64,000 nucleotides of DNA from Rhodothermales bacterium. GTDB lineage: Bacteria; Bacteroidota; Rhodothermia; Rhodothermales; JAHQVL01. Location of the stretch: assembly GCA_965263205.1 (NCBI GenBank), contig CBDHHF010000016.1, positions 1,878 to 65,877 on the forward strand, read 5' to 3'. Under the pieces are notes generated by a model. It was not told where the DNA came from. It saw only the letters and a list, made by a program, of their open reading frames with translations, and searched no databases. This document shows, in pieces, positions 44,845-53,404 of the stretch (its first letter is position 1; the number at the start of each line of letters is the position of its first letter). Made by a program: the position numbers and the translations under genes.

Positions 44845-46401
44845 ATGCGTAATAGACAATTAATGGTGATGATAGCCGGCCTGGCTTGCCTGCTGATTGC
44901 AACGCCTGCCACGCCCGCCACGGCCCAAACAGACGCAGCTGAGGCGTACAGCAGAGCGTATGAATTGCTGATTGGCTCTGAGTATCGAGCCTCTAATGAA
45001 GCATTTTCCCGGTTTATGGAGGCGTATCCCGACAGTAAATGGTCAGATGATGCGACGTACTGGAGCTGCCATTTGATGGAGAAAATGGAGGAAGAGGCAG
45101 AGGAGACATTCAGTTGCTACAGCATGTTTGTAGAAGCTCATAAACGTAGCAAGTGGGTAGATGACGCGAAGGCGAACATGATTCGTATTGGCCGCAAGCT
45201 CGCTTTGCAAGGAAATCCGCAGTATGAAGCCAAGATCGAGTCACTGCAAGAAAGTGACGACGAAGAAGTTGCGCTGGCTGCTTTGTATGCGCTCCAGAAT
45301 ATCGGAGATGAAGACGCATATGAAACGATTATCGAACTCTATGAGCGCTCAAATAGTGCCGACTTCAGGGGGCGTATCGTGTATATCCTCGGGAATTTTG
45401 ACAGCGACGACGTTGTCGAGCAACTGACGGTGATCGCAACAGACGATGCTTCTGAGTCTGTACGCAAAAACGCAGTGTACGCGCTTGGCAACAGGGGCGG
45501 GCGTGCTGCTTCCGATGCATTGATTGATGTTGTCGAAAATGGTGACGACGAAGAAGTGCAAAAAGCTGCGCTTTACGCACTGGGGAATGCTGACGAGGCG
45601 GGTGTATCTGCTTATTTGATGGGGATTGCTCGCGAAACCCGAAATGTAGAACTGGGACGCGCAGCTACCTATGCATTAAGCAACACAGGCAGTTCTGGAG
45701 CTACCGATGCCTTGATAGCATTGATGAAGACCGAGTCTGCGCTGGTGGAAGTACGGAAAGCAGCGCTTTATGCGCTTGGTAACCAGGGTAGTGAAGCTTC
45801 GCTTGTGGCCCTGCGTGATGTCGCAATCGATGGAGATGAAGCATCGCTTCGTAAAGCGGCCGTACATGCCATGGGGAACCATGACCGTGCAGGTACCATG
45901 CTGCGGGATGTATACGAGCGTGTATCTGATACAAAGATCAAAGAAACTGCACTGTATGCAATTGGCAATTCAGATGACAATGGTGCAGCCGGCTTCCTGA
46001 AAAACGTTGCACTTTCAGAAGCAAACGAAGACCTGGCACGCGTGGCTATGTACGCCCTCGCCAACAACACGGATGATGAAGAAAGCGATCTGATGGAGAT
46101 CTATGAAAAGTCGCGGCATGCTTCTGTGAAAAAAGCTACGCTCCATCGTCTGGCTGATTCGCCCAATGCGCTGATGAAAATCCTGGAGTCAAGCGATGAC
46201 CCCGATATCCGGCAAACAGCCGTCTATGCACTTGGCAATGCCGGCGATGATGACGTTGTCCCAACGTTGATGAAAATTGCGAAGGAAGATGCTGATGTAT
46301 CGGTGCGCAAAGCTGCTGTTAACGCGTTGGGTAATATTGGGTCGGATGCCGCGCAAGAGGCCATTCTTCAGATTCTCAAAGAAGGCATAGGTCAAGATTA
46401 A
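44845..46401 (+). CDS. Exported HEAT-repeat protein with YbgF/BamD-like TPR N-terminus
   Basis: Signal peptide (..TPATPATAQ). At least 9 repeats of the type (V/I)RK.A(V/L)YALGN. Confidence 0.8.
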   Translation: MRNRQLMVMIAGLACLLIATPATPATAQTDAAEAYSRAYELLIGSEYRASNEAFSRFMEAYPDSKWSDDATYWSCHLMEKMEEEAEETFSCYSMFVEAHKRSKWVDDAKANMIRIGRKLALQGNPQYEAKIESLQESDDEEVALAALYALQNIGDEDAYETIIELYERSNSADFRGRIVYILGNFDSDDVVEQLTVIATDDASESVRKNAVYALGNRGGRAASDALIDVVENGDDEEVQKAALYALGNADEAGVSAYLMGIARETRNVELGRAATYALSNTGSSGATDALIALMKTESALVEVRKAALYALGNQGSEASLVALRDVAIDGDEASLRKAAVHAMGNHDRAGTMLRDVYERVSDTKIKETALYAIGNSDDNGAAGFLKNVALSEANEDLARVAMYALANNTDDEESDLMEIYEKSRHASVKKATLHRLADSPNALMKILESSDDPDIRQTAVYALGNAGDDDVVPTLMKIAKEDADVSVRKAAVNALGNIGSDAAQEAILQILKEGIGQD

Positions 46402-46417
46402 AACTTGGTGCAAGCAA

Positions 46418-47032
46418 ATGAAATACAATTACTTAGGTACTGTGCTGGTTGCCTGTTTTATTGGATCGATGCTCGTTGTGGGAGGGGCACAGGCTTGTAA
46501 ACATTATCCTTTCCTGAGCAAGTGGATGGGTGGCAATTGTTGGCTAAATGATGTGGAAGGCTTGGCGTTTACAAAAGCCGAGACGCAGCCACTAGATATA
46601 CAGCTCTTAAGCGTCTCAAGCGCTAAGAGTAAAGACGTCACAAAAGATGCCATCTATGCGCTGGCGCGTACGGAGTCTGAAGATGCAGTTGTTGTGCTGC
46701 GTGCATTGGCGCTCACGCATGAATCCCTCGAAATACGGAAGGCCGCGCTGTATGCGCTGGCGCAATGCATGGACGACGAGACCCTTTATCAGACGTATAG
46801 CGATATCGCGCTTTATGGCGATGAATTGGACATACGTGTTGCTGCAGTGTATCAACTCGGCCAGCTAAGTCGTGCAGAGGCGGTCCCGTTTCTCACAGAT
46901 CTTGCCCTTGCGCCGTATCCGCTGTCCCTTCGAAAAGCCGCAGTGCATGCACTGGAGTCGAACGACTCTGAAGCTGCGCGACAGGCGCTCCGGACCATTC
47001 TGGCCAAAACTTCAGCATCGCTGGCAGGATAA
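46418..47032 (+). CDS. Exported HEAT-repeat protein
   Basis: Signal or lipoprotein-like N-terminus (..VVGGAQAC). Repeats IRKAALYALAQ, IRVAAVYQLGQ and LRKAAVHALES. Confidence 0.75.
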   Translation: MKYNYLGTVLVACFIGSMLVVGGAQACKHYPFLSKWMGGNCWLNDVEGLAFTKAETQPLDIQLLSVSSAKSKDVTKDAIYALARTESEDAVVVLRALALTHESLEIRKAALYALAQCMDDETLYQTYSDIALYGDELDIRVAAVYQLGQLSRAEAVPFLTDLALAPYPLSLRKAAVHALESNDSEAARQALRTILAKTSASLAG

Positions 47033-47064
47033 CCTGTCTGAATAGCATATTTCAGGAGAACGTT

Positions 47065-48207
47065 ATGCACGCATTCAACTATCAAAACACAATAACACTC
47101 TTTTTGCTGCTCGTCTTTGTGTTGCCATGGACTGCAACCGCGCAGGAGGTGACGGTTCATCCGAATCCAGAACAGCCACTCGAAAAGCGGATGGATTGGG
47201 CCAAACAAGAAGCCGGCAATACCTCTGGGTACTGGGTAGGGTATCAAATCACAAAATACATGCGGCCGAACGTATGGATGGGGAGCATAGGTGGCAAAAA
47301 TTGGCAGCAGCGTACATCGATGTATGCCATGCTGGGGCAGGCAGATCGTGAACAAGAATTGCCGCCTGAGTTGCAAAAAGAGCTGGGTTTCTCCATGCGG
47401 GGAACGATGCATTTTGGCAAAAACAAACAAAAAGATGACGTGCGTGTACAGCGCGAGGTAGCCGTGCTGATGTACATGAAGGGACGTAGAAAAGCGCCGA
47501 CGGATATCCTTGTGACCAATATGTCGCTTGGTGTCGACCTGGAAGGTGCACCGTTGTTTTGGCTCGGCGCTGCTGACGACGAGCAGAGCGTGGCGGTATT
47601 GCAAGACGTTTTTTATAACATGCGTAGCAACGATCTGAAGTCGGATGTATTGGGGGCAATCAGTGTGCACGAAAACAAAGAAGGACATTTGCCATTTCTC
47701 GCAAGCGTGCTCGAAGATGATCCTAGTGATGAGGTGCGTGAAGATGCTGCATTCTGGATCGGACAGTTAGATATTCCCCAGAGTCTGCCGCTACTGCAAC
47801 AAGCAATTGCCAACGACCCATCGATGGACGTACGTGAAAATGCCGTTTTTGCGTTGTCAGAAATGTCCTCTTCAGAGGCACTTGACGTCTTGATCGACCT
47901 GGCGCAGCGGGGCCGGCCCGAGGCGATTCGCAAAAAAGCGATCTTCTGGTTGAGTCAGCATGCATCAAAAAATGCACTACACGTCATCGAGGACATTGTA
48001 ATGGCTGAAGAAGATATTGAAATACAGGAGCAAGCTGTGTTTGCGCTGTCCCAATTTCCTGCCGATGAAAGTGTGCCGCGCCTGATCGAGATTGCCGAAA
48101 ATCATCACAACCTCGAAGTGCGCAAGAAAGCCATCTTCTGGCTCGGTGATTCAGGCGATCCGCGTGCTGTTGATGCGTTGGTTTCGTTGGCGCGGAAGAA
48201 GAATTAG
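47065..48207 (+). CDS. Exported HEAT-repeat protein
   Basis: Signal peptide (..LPWTATAQE). The C-terminal half has repeats VRENAVFALSE, IRKKAIFWLSQ, IQEQAVFALSQ and VRKKAIFWLGD. Confidence 0.78.
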   Translation: MHAFNYQNTITLFLLLVFVLPWTATAQEVTVHPNPEQPLEKRMDWAKQEAGNTSGYWVGYQITKYMRPNVWMGSIGGKNWQQRTSMYAMLGQADREQELPPELQKELGFSMRGTMHFGKNKQKDDVRVQREVAVLMYMKGRRKAPTDILVTNMSLGVDLEGAPLFWLGAADDEQSVAVLQDVFYNMRSNDLKSDVLGAISVHENKEGHLPFLASVLEDDPSDEVREDAAFWIGQLDIPQSLPLLQQAIANDPSMDVRENAVFALSEMSSSEALDVLIDLAQRGRPEAIRKKAIFWLSQHASKNALHVIEDIVMAEEDIEIQEQAVFALSQFPADESVPRLIEIAENHHNLEVRKKAIFWLGDSGDPRAVDALVSLARKKN

Positions 48208-48273
48208 CTACGCTGGAAAAGCATATACCCGCAAATTGGAAGTGCGGCAAAAGATTGGTTAGGGATTGGTTGG

Positions 48274-48310
48274 GACAAACGCCGGCGCATACGTGTGCCG
48301 GGCGTTTGTC
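48274..48310. terminator. Putative bidirectional terminator hairpin
   Basis: GACAAACGCC-N17-GGCGTTTGTC between convergent genes, with a weak T tract. Confidence 0.45.
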
Positions 48311-48348
48311 ATGTTTGCCTCTGCACCATACAGTACTGCCATACAGCA

Positions 48349-48798
48349 CTATGCGTTGTGCGCGGTTATATGCCGGCGAATATTGGCAAATGTATCGGTC
48401 CAGCCTTTCTGACATGCGTTGAAGTAGGCATCGCCATCTGGACTGTCCGGGAAGCCGGCCTGTGTCACCGACAGCACGGTTCCGTCCGGGTGTGGTGAAA
48501 GCCTGAAATCAACCGAAAAGTCAGCTTCAAAAGGCATGTCGCCTTCTTTGGCGTAATAGCTGTACGAACCCAGGCGCAGGCGTACTTCAGGTTCAAAAGT
48601 TTCGATCGTAGCTGCAGAGATGTAATCCGGATTGTCTTCGTCGGCGCCCCATGCCGCACACCAGGTGCCGCCGCGTTCCGGATTAACGATGACATTGGTG
48701 GCGCCCCACCAGTCGCGGATGGCGCTGGGGGTATGCAGCAAGCGGAATACATCTGCGGGTGGGGCCGGCAGAATTTCTTCGTGTCTATGTGAACGCAT
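48349..48798 (-). CDS. SRPBCC / AHSA1 (Aha1-like) domain protein
   Basis: ..PAPPADVFRLLHTPSAIRDWWG.. is typical of the AHSA1/START-like fold. Start trimmed to the ATG at 48798. Confidence 0.7.
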   Translation of the reverse strand: MRSHRHEEILPAPPADVFRLLHTPSAIRDWWGATNVIVNPERGGTWCAAWGADEDNPDYISAATIETFEPEVRLRLGSYSYYAKEGDMPFEADFSVDFRLSPHPDGTVLSVTQAGFPDSPDGDAYFNACQKGWTDTFANIRRHITAHNA

Positions 48799-48928
48799 TA
48801 AGCTATGTAGAAAGTTGGTGGAAAAACTGAAAATAGGGTGTTTTACCCATATTTGCAGTACTCCTGGCGGACAGGTTTTACGGACCATCACGTCAGCCTG
48901 TGCCGCTGCGTATCCATCCAATCATGTG

Positions 48929-49763
48929 TTAATATCGGTCGGGTGCAAATCGATGGGCCAGGTAGCCTGAGGCCGCTTCAAGGTCGATTGCGTGTACCAG
49001 CACACCTTCTTCGCCATAAGGCAGATGTGCGATGCATGAGCCAGCCGGCGTGATGAGGCTGGTAGCTGATTCCTGAAAGGGCAGCGCATAATTCACGCTT
49101 GCAAAGTAGATCGTATTTTCGATGCTCCGCATAAGCATGGCTTTCTCATAATATGGTGCATCTGTGGCCCCCCATGAGGTGAGTTCGATACCGTTTTTTG
49201 TTGCCCCTGTGTGCTGGGGATGGAAAAACAATGTGGGCGCCTTTGCGTGCGGCCCAACGTACCGTTTCAGGGTACCGCCATCCTTCGTGACAGATGGCAA
49301 TGCCGAATCGAAGCCCATCTGCCTCAAAAATGTGGCGTTCGTGCCCATGGATATAGTTTGTTTCCTCTGAGGGGTCCAGTTGGTTTTTAGTTTGATACCC
49401 GAGTGCGTTACCCGCAGCATCAAATACATATGCAACGATTTGCCGGCCCTCAGGGGTAATGCGCTCCATACCCATGATTGTGGCGATACCCAAATCGCTT
49501 GCCCAGGCCTGTACCTGGGTGTAAACAAGATCATGGGCTTCTTGATCAAAAGCCGGTATATCAAAATCCAACCCGCGAAGTCCAGGGAGGTAGGCTTCCG
49601 GGAAACATACGATGGTTGCACCTTGTGCAGCTGCTTCAGCCATCAAGCGCTTTGCGCGGGCTAAACCATCGGGAATGGACTTTGGGCTACAGCTGGTGAA
49701 GCAAGCGCGATTTTCATGTGGGTTTTGAGGTGAAAACGTGATGTGTGGATGCCCTAAGTGCAA
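48929..49763 (-). pseudogene. Carbon-nitrogen hydrolase (nitrilase superfamily) with one frameshift
   Basis: The N-terminal part has FPEAYLPG (Glu) and ..FGIAICHEGWRYPE (Cys). The frame breaks at ..AHIVF|HPQHTGATKNG... The C-terminal part, ..YYEKAMLMRSIENTIYFASVN.., is in the other frame. Confidence 0.8.
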
Positions 49764-49772
49764 ACAAATACA

Positions 49773-49811
49773 TCCTGAAGGATTGATCTGTTTGCTGTTA
49801 AAGGTTGAACG
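49773..49811. repeat. Dispersed 39-bp repeat (inverted copy of 4958-4997)
   Basis: TCCTGAAGGATTGATCTGTTTGCTGTTAAAGGTTGAACG. Confidence 0.8.
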
Positions 49812-50029
49812 TTACAGGTAGAAGGTTTTGGCTTTTATCGTTCTGTTGTACAGCACAAGATTTATGTCCCCCTCAATATTTATTTGCTTGTCTTAGTTTG
49901 TTAAACATACGTGATGGCTACCAGAAAACAGCAGCGCGCTTTTCTTGTGACGAAAGCCTCCAAATCATGGTGTTATGGGCCGCTATTATCAAAGCGGTTG
50001 GTTAAATAATCAGTTTTTAGGCCGATATC

Positions 50030-51607
50030 ATGCGCGTGTATTGTACAGGTTGTTCAAATGTTAGTACGATGATTCGTCCGTTTTTTTTCTATGCCATGTT
50101 GTTGCTTGTATGGGGAGGTACTACTGCGATTGCCCAGCCGGCGCCAGGTGGGGTAACACGCGGTCTGGAGCTCTGGTTGCGGGGACAAGACTATGAAGCG
50201 CAGGGGCAACAGGTTAGCTGGCCGCCTTACGCAGGGATGCTAAGCGGGCCAACACAAACGACCGATTCCTGGTTTCCTGTTCGTACGCAAGGTTCGAGGC
50301 AAACGAACGGCGAAACGGTAGTGACATTTGACGGTGTGGATGATCATTTATTGTTTAAGGTAAACGCCTTCGATGGATTGGTTGGCAAAATGGAGGCGTA
50401 CGTTGTGTACCAGGCATCTGCACAAGGGGCTATTCTTGGCACAGTCGGAGGGATAAACGAGCAATTCTCTTTACAATCTGATGGGCAGATCATCACGGGG
50501 GGTGACACGCTTGACCTAATGGGGGCCGCAGCATTTCCTGTGTTGCTGCAGATGCGGCATGTTGAACGCTATTTGGCGGCGCGCATGAATGGTGCTGCAT
50601 GGGATAGCGTAGGTTCGACATCCTGGTCGGGCATTGCCGATCCGGTTGCTTTAGGGCAACAAGGGCTAACGGGTATGCTGCCGTTTGCTGGATGGATAGG
50701 CGAAGTTATTGTGTATAACCGCCGGCTCGATGCGTTCGAGTCAGATCAAGTGCAGACGTATCTCGCGTTGAAATACGGTTTAACCACGCCTCAGAGTTTC
50801 TATGCGTCAGATAGTGCTCAGGTGTGGAGCCAGTTCGGGCATCCTGAAAACGCATTCAACGTGGCTGGCATAGGTCGCGATGATGCGGCTGGCCTTTCGC
50901 AGACGACATCGCGTTCGGTGTTACCTGAAGCCGTCGTGCGTATGGCAGCAATGAATGCATTGCCTGACCTTGCGTACCTGATATGGGGGAGTTCAGATAG
51001 TACGCTAACAGAAAAGCCGTCCTCGATAAACAGCAACCAGGTCAACGTACTCCGCCGGTTCTGGCACATCCACAAACGAAAAGAACCAGGCCCGATACGC
51101 GTAAGTTTTGACTTGTCTGATGCTACTGTTACAGGCAATGCTCCTGCTGATTACTGGCTCATTCTTGATCGTGATGAAGATCCCACCAATGGTATCCGTA
51201 GCGCATACCCTGCTGCTGAAGTATTCGCAGACAGTGTTGCGTTTGAAGGGGTGAGGTTTTTAGACGATGATTTCATGTCGTTGGTGACGCACAATCCTTC
51301 GAGTAGCATCATTAACGTAGGGATTGATGAGCAACCAGCGCATTTGTCGTTGACACTCGATGCCGCGTATCCTAATCCGTTCGCGTTGCGGACCTCCTTG
51401 CGCTATACCGTTCCTGTCGGCGGTGTAGTTGAAATCGTTGTGTTTGATGTGCTCGGAAGAGAAATCATGCAACGCCACAACGCCTGGAAGCCGGCGGGGG
51501 AATATCAGGTCGACCTCGATGCAAATCAACTGGTCCCAGGCATCTACTACGTCCAACTCCGCGCAGCAGGGATGCAACGTACCCGTTCCATCACCCTGAT
51601 CCGCTAA
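50030..51607 (+). CDS. LamG/concanavalin-like domain protein with T9SS C-terminal sorting domain
   Basis: LamG-type pattern (TFDGVDDHLLF.. / ..GWIGEVIVYNRRLDAFESDQVQTYLALKYGL). CTD AYPNPFALRTSLRY..VFDVLGREI..GIYYVQL..ITLIR. The start may instead be the ATG at 50069. Confidence 0.82.
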   Translation: MRVYCTGCSNVSTMIRPFFFYAMLLLVWGGTTAIAQPAPGGVTRGLELWLRGQDYEAQGQQVSWPPYAGMLSGPTQTTDSWFPVRTQGSRQTNGETVVTFDGVDDHLLFKVNAFDGLVGKMEAYVVYQASAQGAILGTVGGINEQFSLQSDGQIITGGDTLDLMGAAAFPVLLQMRHVERYLAARMNGAAWDSVGSTSWSGIADPVALGQQGLTGMLPFAGWIGEVIVYNRRLDAFESDQVQTYLALKYGLTTPQSFYASDSAQVWSQFGHPENAFNVAGIGRDDAAGLSQTTSRSVLPEAVVRMAAMNALPDLAYLIWGSSDSTLTEKPSSINSNQVNVLRRFWHIHKRKEPGPIRVSFDLSDATVTGNAPADYWLILDRDEDPTNGIRSAYPAAEVFADSVAFEGVRFLDDDFMSLVTHNPSSSIINVGIDEQPAHLSLTLDAAYPNPFALRTSLRYTVPVGGVVEIVVFDVLGREIMQRHNAWKPAGEYQVDLDANQLVPGIYYVQLRAAGMQRTRSITLIR

Positions 51608-51831
51608 GCCTGCCAATCTGCTAAGCTTACCGATCTATCAGGACGTGAACTGCAATTTCTTGTATAGATGTCGTTGGATTGATAAAAACTGCGTTATTCC
51701 TGGTAGGAGATACCAGTGGGTCCGGTCGTTATTACGCTGTGTCAGGTCGTTGCTGTGAGCATGCTGCGGATAGACGGACAATAGCTGACCCGATCCGTAT
51801 TACGTAGACGCTTCATTCTCGAAATAAAAAG

Positions 51832-51932
51832 GCCCCAGAAGCGAAGAAGCGACGAGATTTTTTAGGTTAACGGCGGTATACAGTACCTGTACTGCTGGAG
51901 TGCATCTCGATTCGTTTCTTCGCTTCTGGGGC
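51832..51932. other. Long (~100 nt) imperfect hairpin between convergent genes
   Basis: Arms GCCCCAGAAGCGAAGAAGCGACGAGAT / ATCTCGATTCGTTTCTTCGCTTCTGGGGC. The loop contains the palindrome CAGTACCTGTACTG. There is an A-run before and a T-rich stretch after. Confidence 0.6.
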
Positions 51933-51956
51933 TTTGCTGTATGCCGTTGGCCGTTT

Positions 51957-53054
51957 TTACTTAAGGCCTAATCCCAGTACTTCTTTGCTAAACCGAACAC
52001 TGCGTTCTAGTTCCGCCAATTGGAAGGCCTGGGTTGCGCTTTGGCGGTCCTCATCTTCAGTTGGCGAGAAGGGGGGAACGCGATAGCCACGTGCTGCCAT
52101 ATCGAGCCAGCGACTGTATTCTACGGCGCGAATGTCGCGATAGGCCGGCCAAAACGCGTCGTCATCCACATTGAACGAGCGCGCAAATCCAGAAATAATT
52201 TCTAACTGCACCGGTGCATCCGGACAATGAGTAGCAAACGCATCCATGTACGCGTGCCAGTCGGTCAGGCCTTCACCCATTGCCATCCACTGGACAGCAA
52301 CGCCGGCATCTGTTTTCCAAAGCATGGAATCACGTATGCCCGTACAGACGGCGTACGGCGCCAGGATTTCGAGGTTGGTTTGCGGATCTTCGAGGGTCCA
52401 GGTGGCATTGCCTGAGTCGAGCGTAGCGCCTACAAAGTCGGGGCCTGCGCGTTCGATGAGTTCTGCGAGCATCCATGCCTGCATATCGCCGGCGTGGTTT
52501 TCTACTGCGATTTTAAGGCCGGCGTCCAGCGCAAGTCCACGTACTGCCTGTAGCGTAGCCACCGTGTCATCAATACGTGCGGGTAAGCCACCCGGCGTCG
52601 TTCTATCCTCCATGCGGCCCTGGTAACAACGAACGACATCGGACCCTACCGCCTGGGCCACCTTGATCGCGAGCTTTAAGTGCGTTTCTGCATCGCCGTA
52701 CTTGTCATTGAACGCTGTTGACGAACCACAAATACCACCTGTGCCGGCCTGAATTTCCAGGCCAAGGTCGGCCGCTTGTTGCCGGATGTCGTTCAGGTAT
52801 GCGGTGTCGTGGCTTTCATACACATCAAGGTCTGAAAACAACACGGTATCGACATCAAGCGAGTGCGCATATTCCAACAGACGCGGAGCTTTCCAGCCCA
52901 TGGCTCGGATCGAGAAGTTGTCGAACCCGAGTTTCAGGTTGCGCTTTTGGGCAGCTGTAGCTGTGGGGGACAGCAGCTGGCCAGGCGTTGAAACAAGCGA
53001 CAAGCCGGCGCTTGCGGTCAGGGACGTTTTGATAAAATCTCGGCGGGAATGCAT
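51957..53054 (-). CDS. Tat-exported xylose-isomerase-like TIM-barrel (sugar phosphate isomerase/epimerase family) protein
   Basis: Twin-arginine signal ([18 protein letters not shown]). TIM-barrel AP-endonuclease-2-like pattern (..IAVENHAGD..). Start trimmed to 53054. Confidence 0.75.
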   Translation of the reverse strand: MHSRRDFIKTSLTASAGLSLVSTPGQLLSPTATAAQKRNLKLGFDNFSIRAMGWKAPRLLEYAHSLDVDTVLFSDLDVYESHDTAYLNDIRQQAADLGLEIQAGTGGICGSSTAFNDKYGDAETHLKLAIKVAQAVGSDVVRCYQGRMEDRTTPGGLPARIDDTVATLQAVRGLALDAGLKIAVENHAGDMQAWMLAELIERAGPDFVGATLDSGNATWTLEDPQTNLEILAPYAVCTGIRDSMLWKTDAGVAVQWMAMGEGLTDWHAYMDAFATHCPDAPVQLEIISGFARSFNVDDDAFWPAYRDIRAVEYSRWLDMAARGYRVPPFSPTEDEDRQSATQAFQLAELERSVRFSKEVLGLGLK

Positions 53055-53112
53055 AACGCGTTGTGCTACAATGACATCAGTGGGGTAATAGGAACAGACG
53101 AATTTCTGTGTT

Positions 53113-53128
53113 TGCAAGCTAATAACCA
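53113..53128 (-). promoter_or_regulatory. Weak sigma54-like -24/-12 element
   Basis: The minus strand reads TGGTTATTAGCTTGCA (GG-N10-GC with a good -12 and a poor -24). It ends 58 nt upstream of the ATG at 53054. Confidence 0.25.
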
Positions 53129-53404
53129 GAAATTAGAAAATACAACAACGTTTACTAAAGGTAGCTTTACATCCTTTACAAACGTTTTTCATGATCTTAA
53201 CCACGTTGAGTGAAGATTTCTCCACCTTATTATGATTTTTTGCGTGCTTGGCGAGCGGGTTGGCCAGTGCGACAGCGCAATTGGCTGATTCAAAACTTGA
53301 CCCGCGTAATTTAATGACACCGTATTGCGTTACTGTAGAAGCTAAACGTTGTAATGCAGCACCGTAATGCAGCGCCGTGTCAACCGCCATCAATAATACT
53401 CCCT

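Noticed and set aside
2478-49230. Programmed ribosomal frameshifting as an explanation for the six split genes.
   Set aside because: There are no slippery heptamers or shared sequence context at the sites. The affected genes are unrelated, and none belongs to a family known to use recoding.
50019-50034. AGGCCGATATCATGCG (GG-N10-GC) upstream of the alternative start (50069) of the LamG T9SS gene.
   Set aside because: Only the core GGC/TGC match, with five mismatches to consensus. It overlaps the other possible start codon. It is too weak to call without a PWM score.
53055-53117. The longer start of the TIM-barrel gene ([21 protein letters not shown]..).
   Set aside because: The extension precedes a textbook twin-arginine leader that should be N-terminal, and it would overlap the candidate promoter motif.
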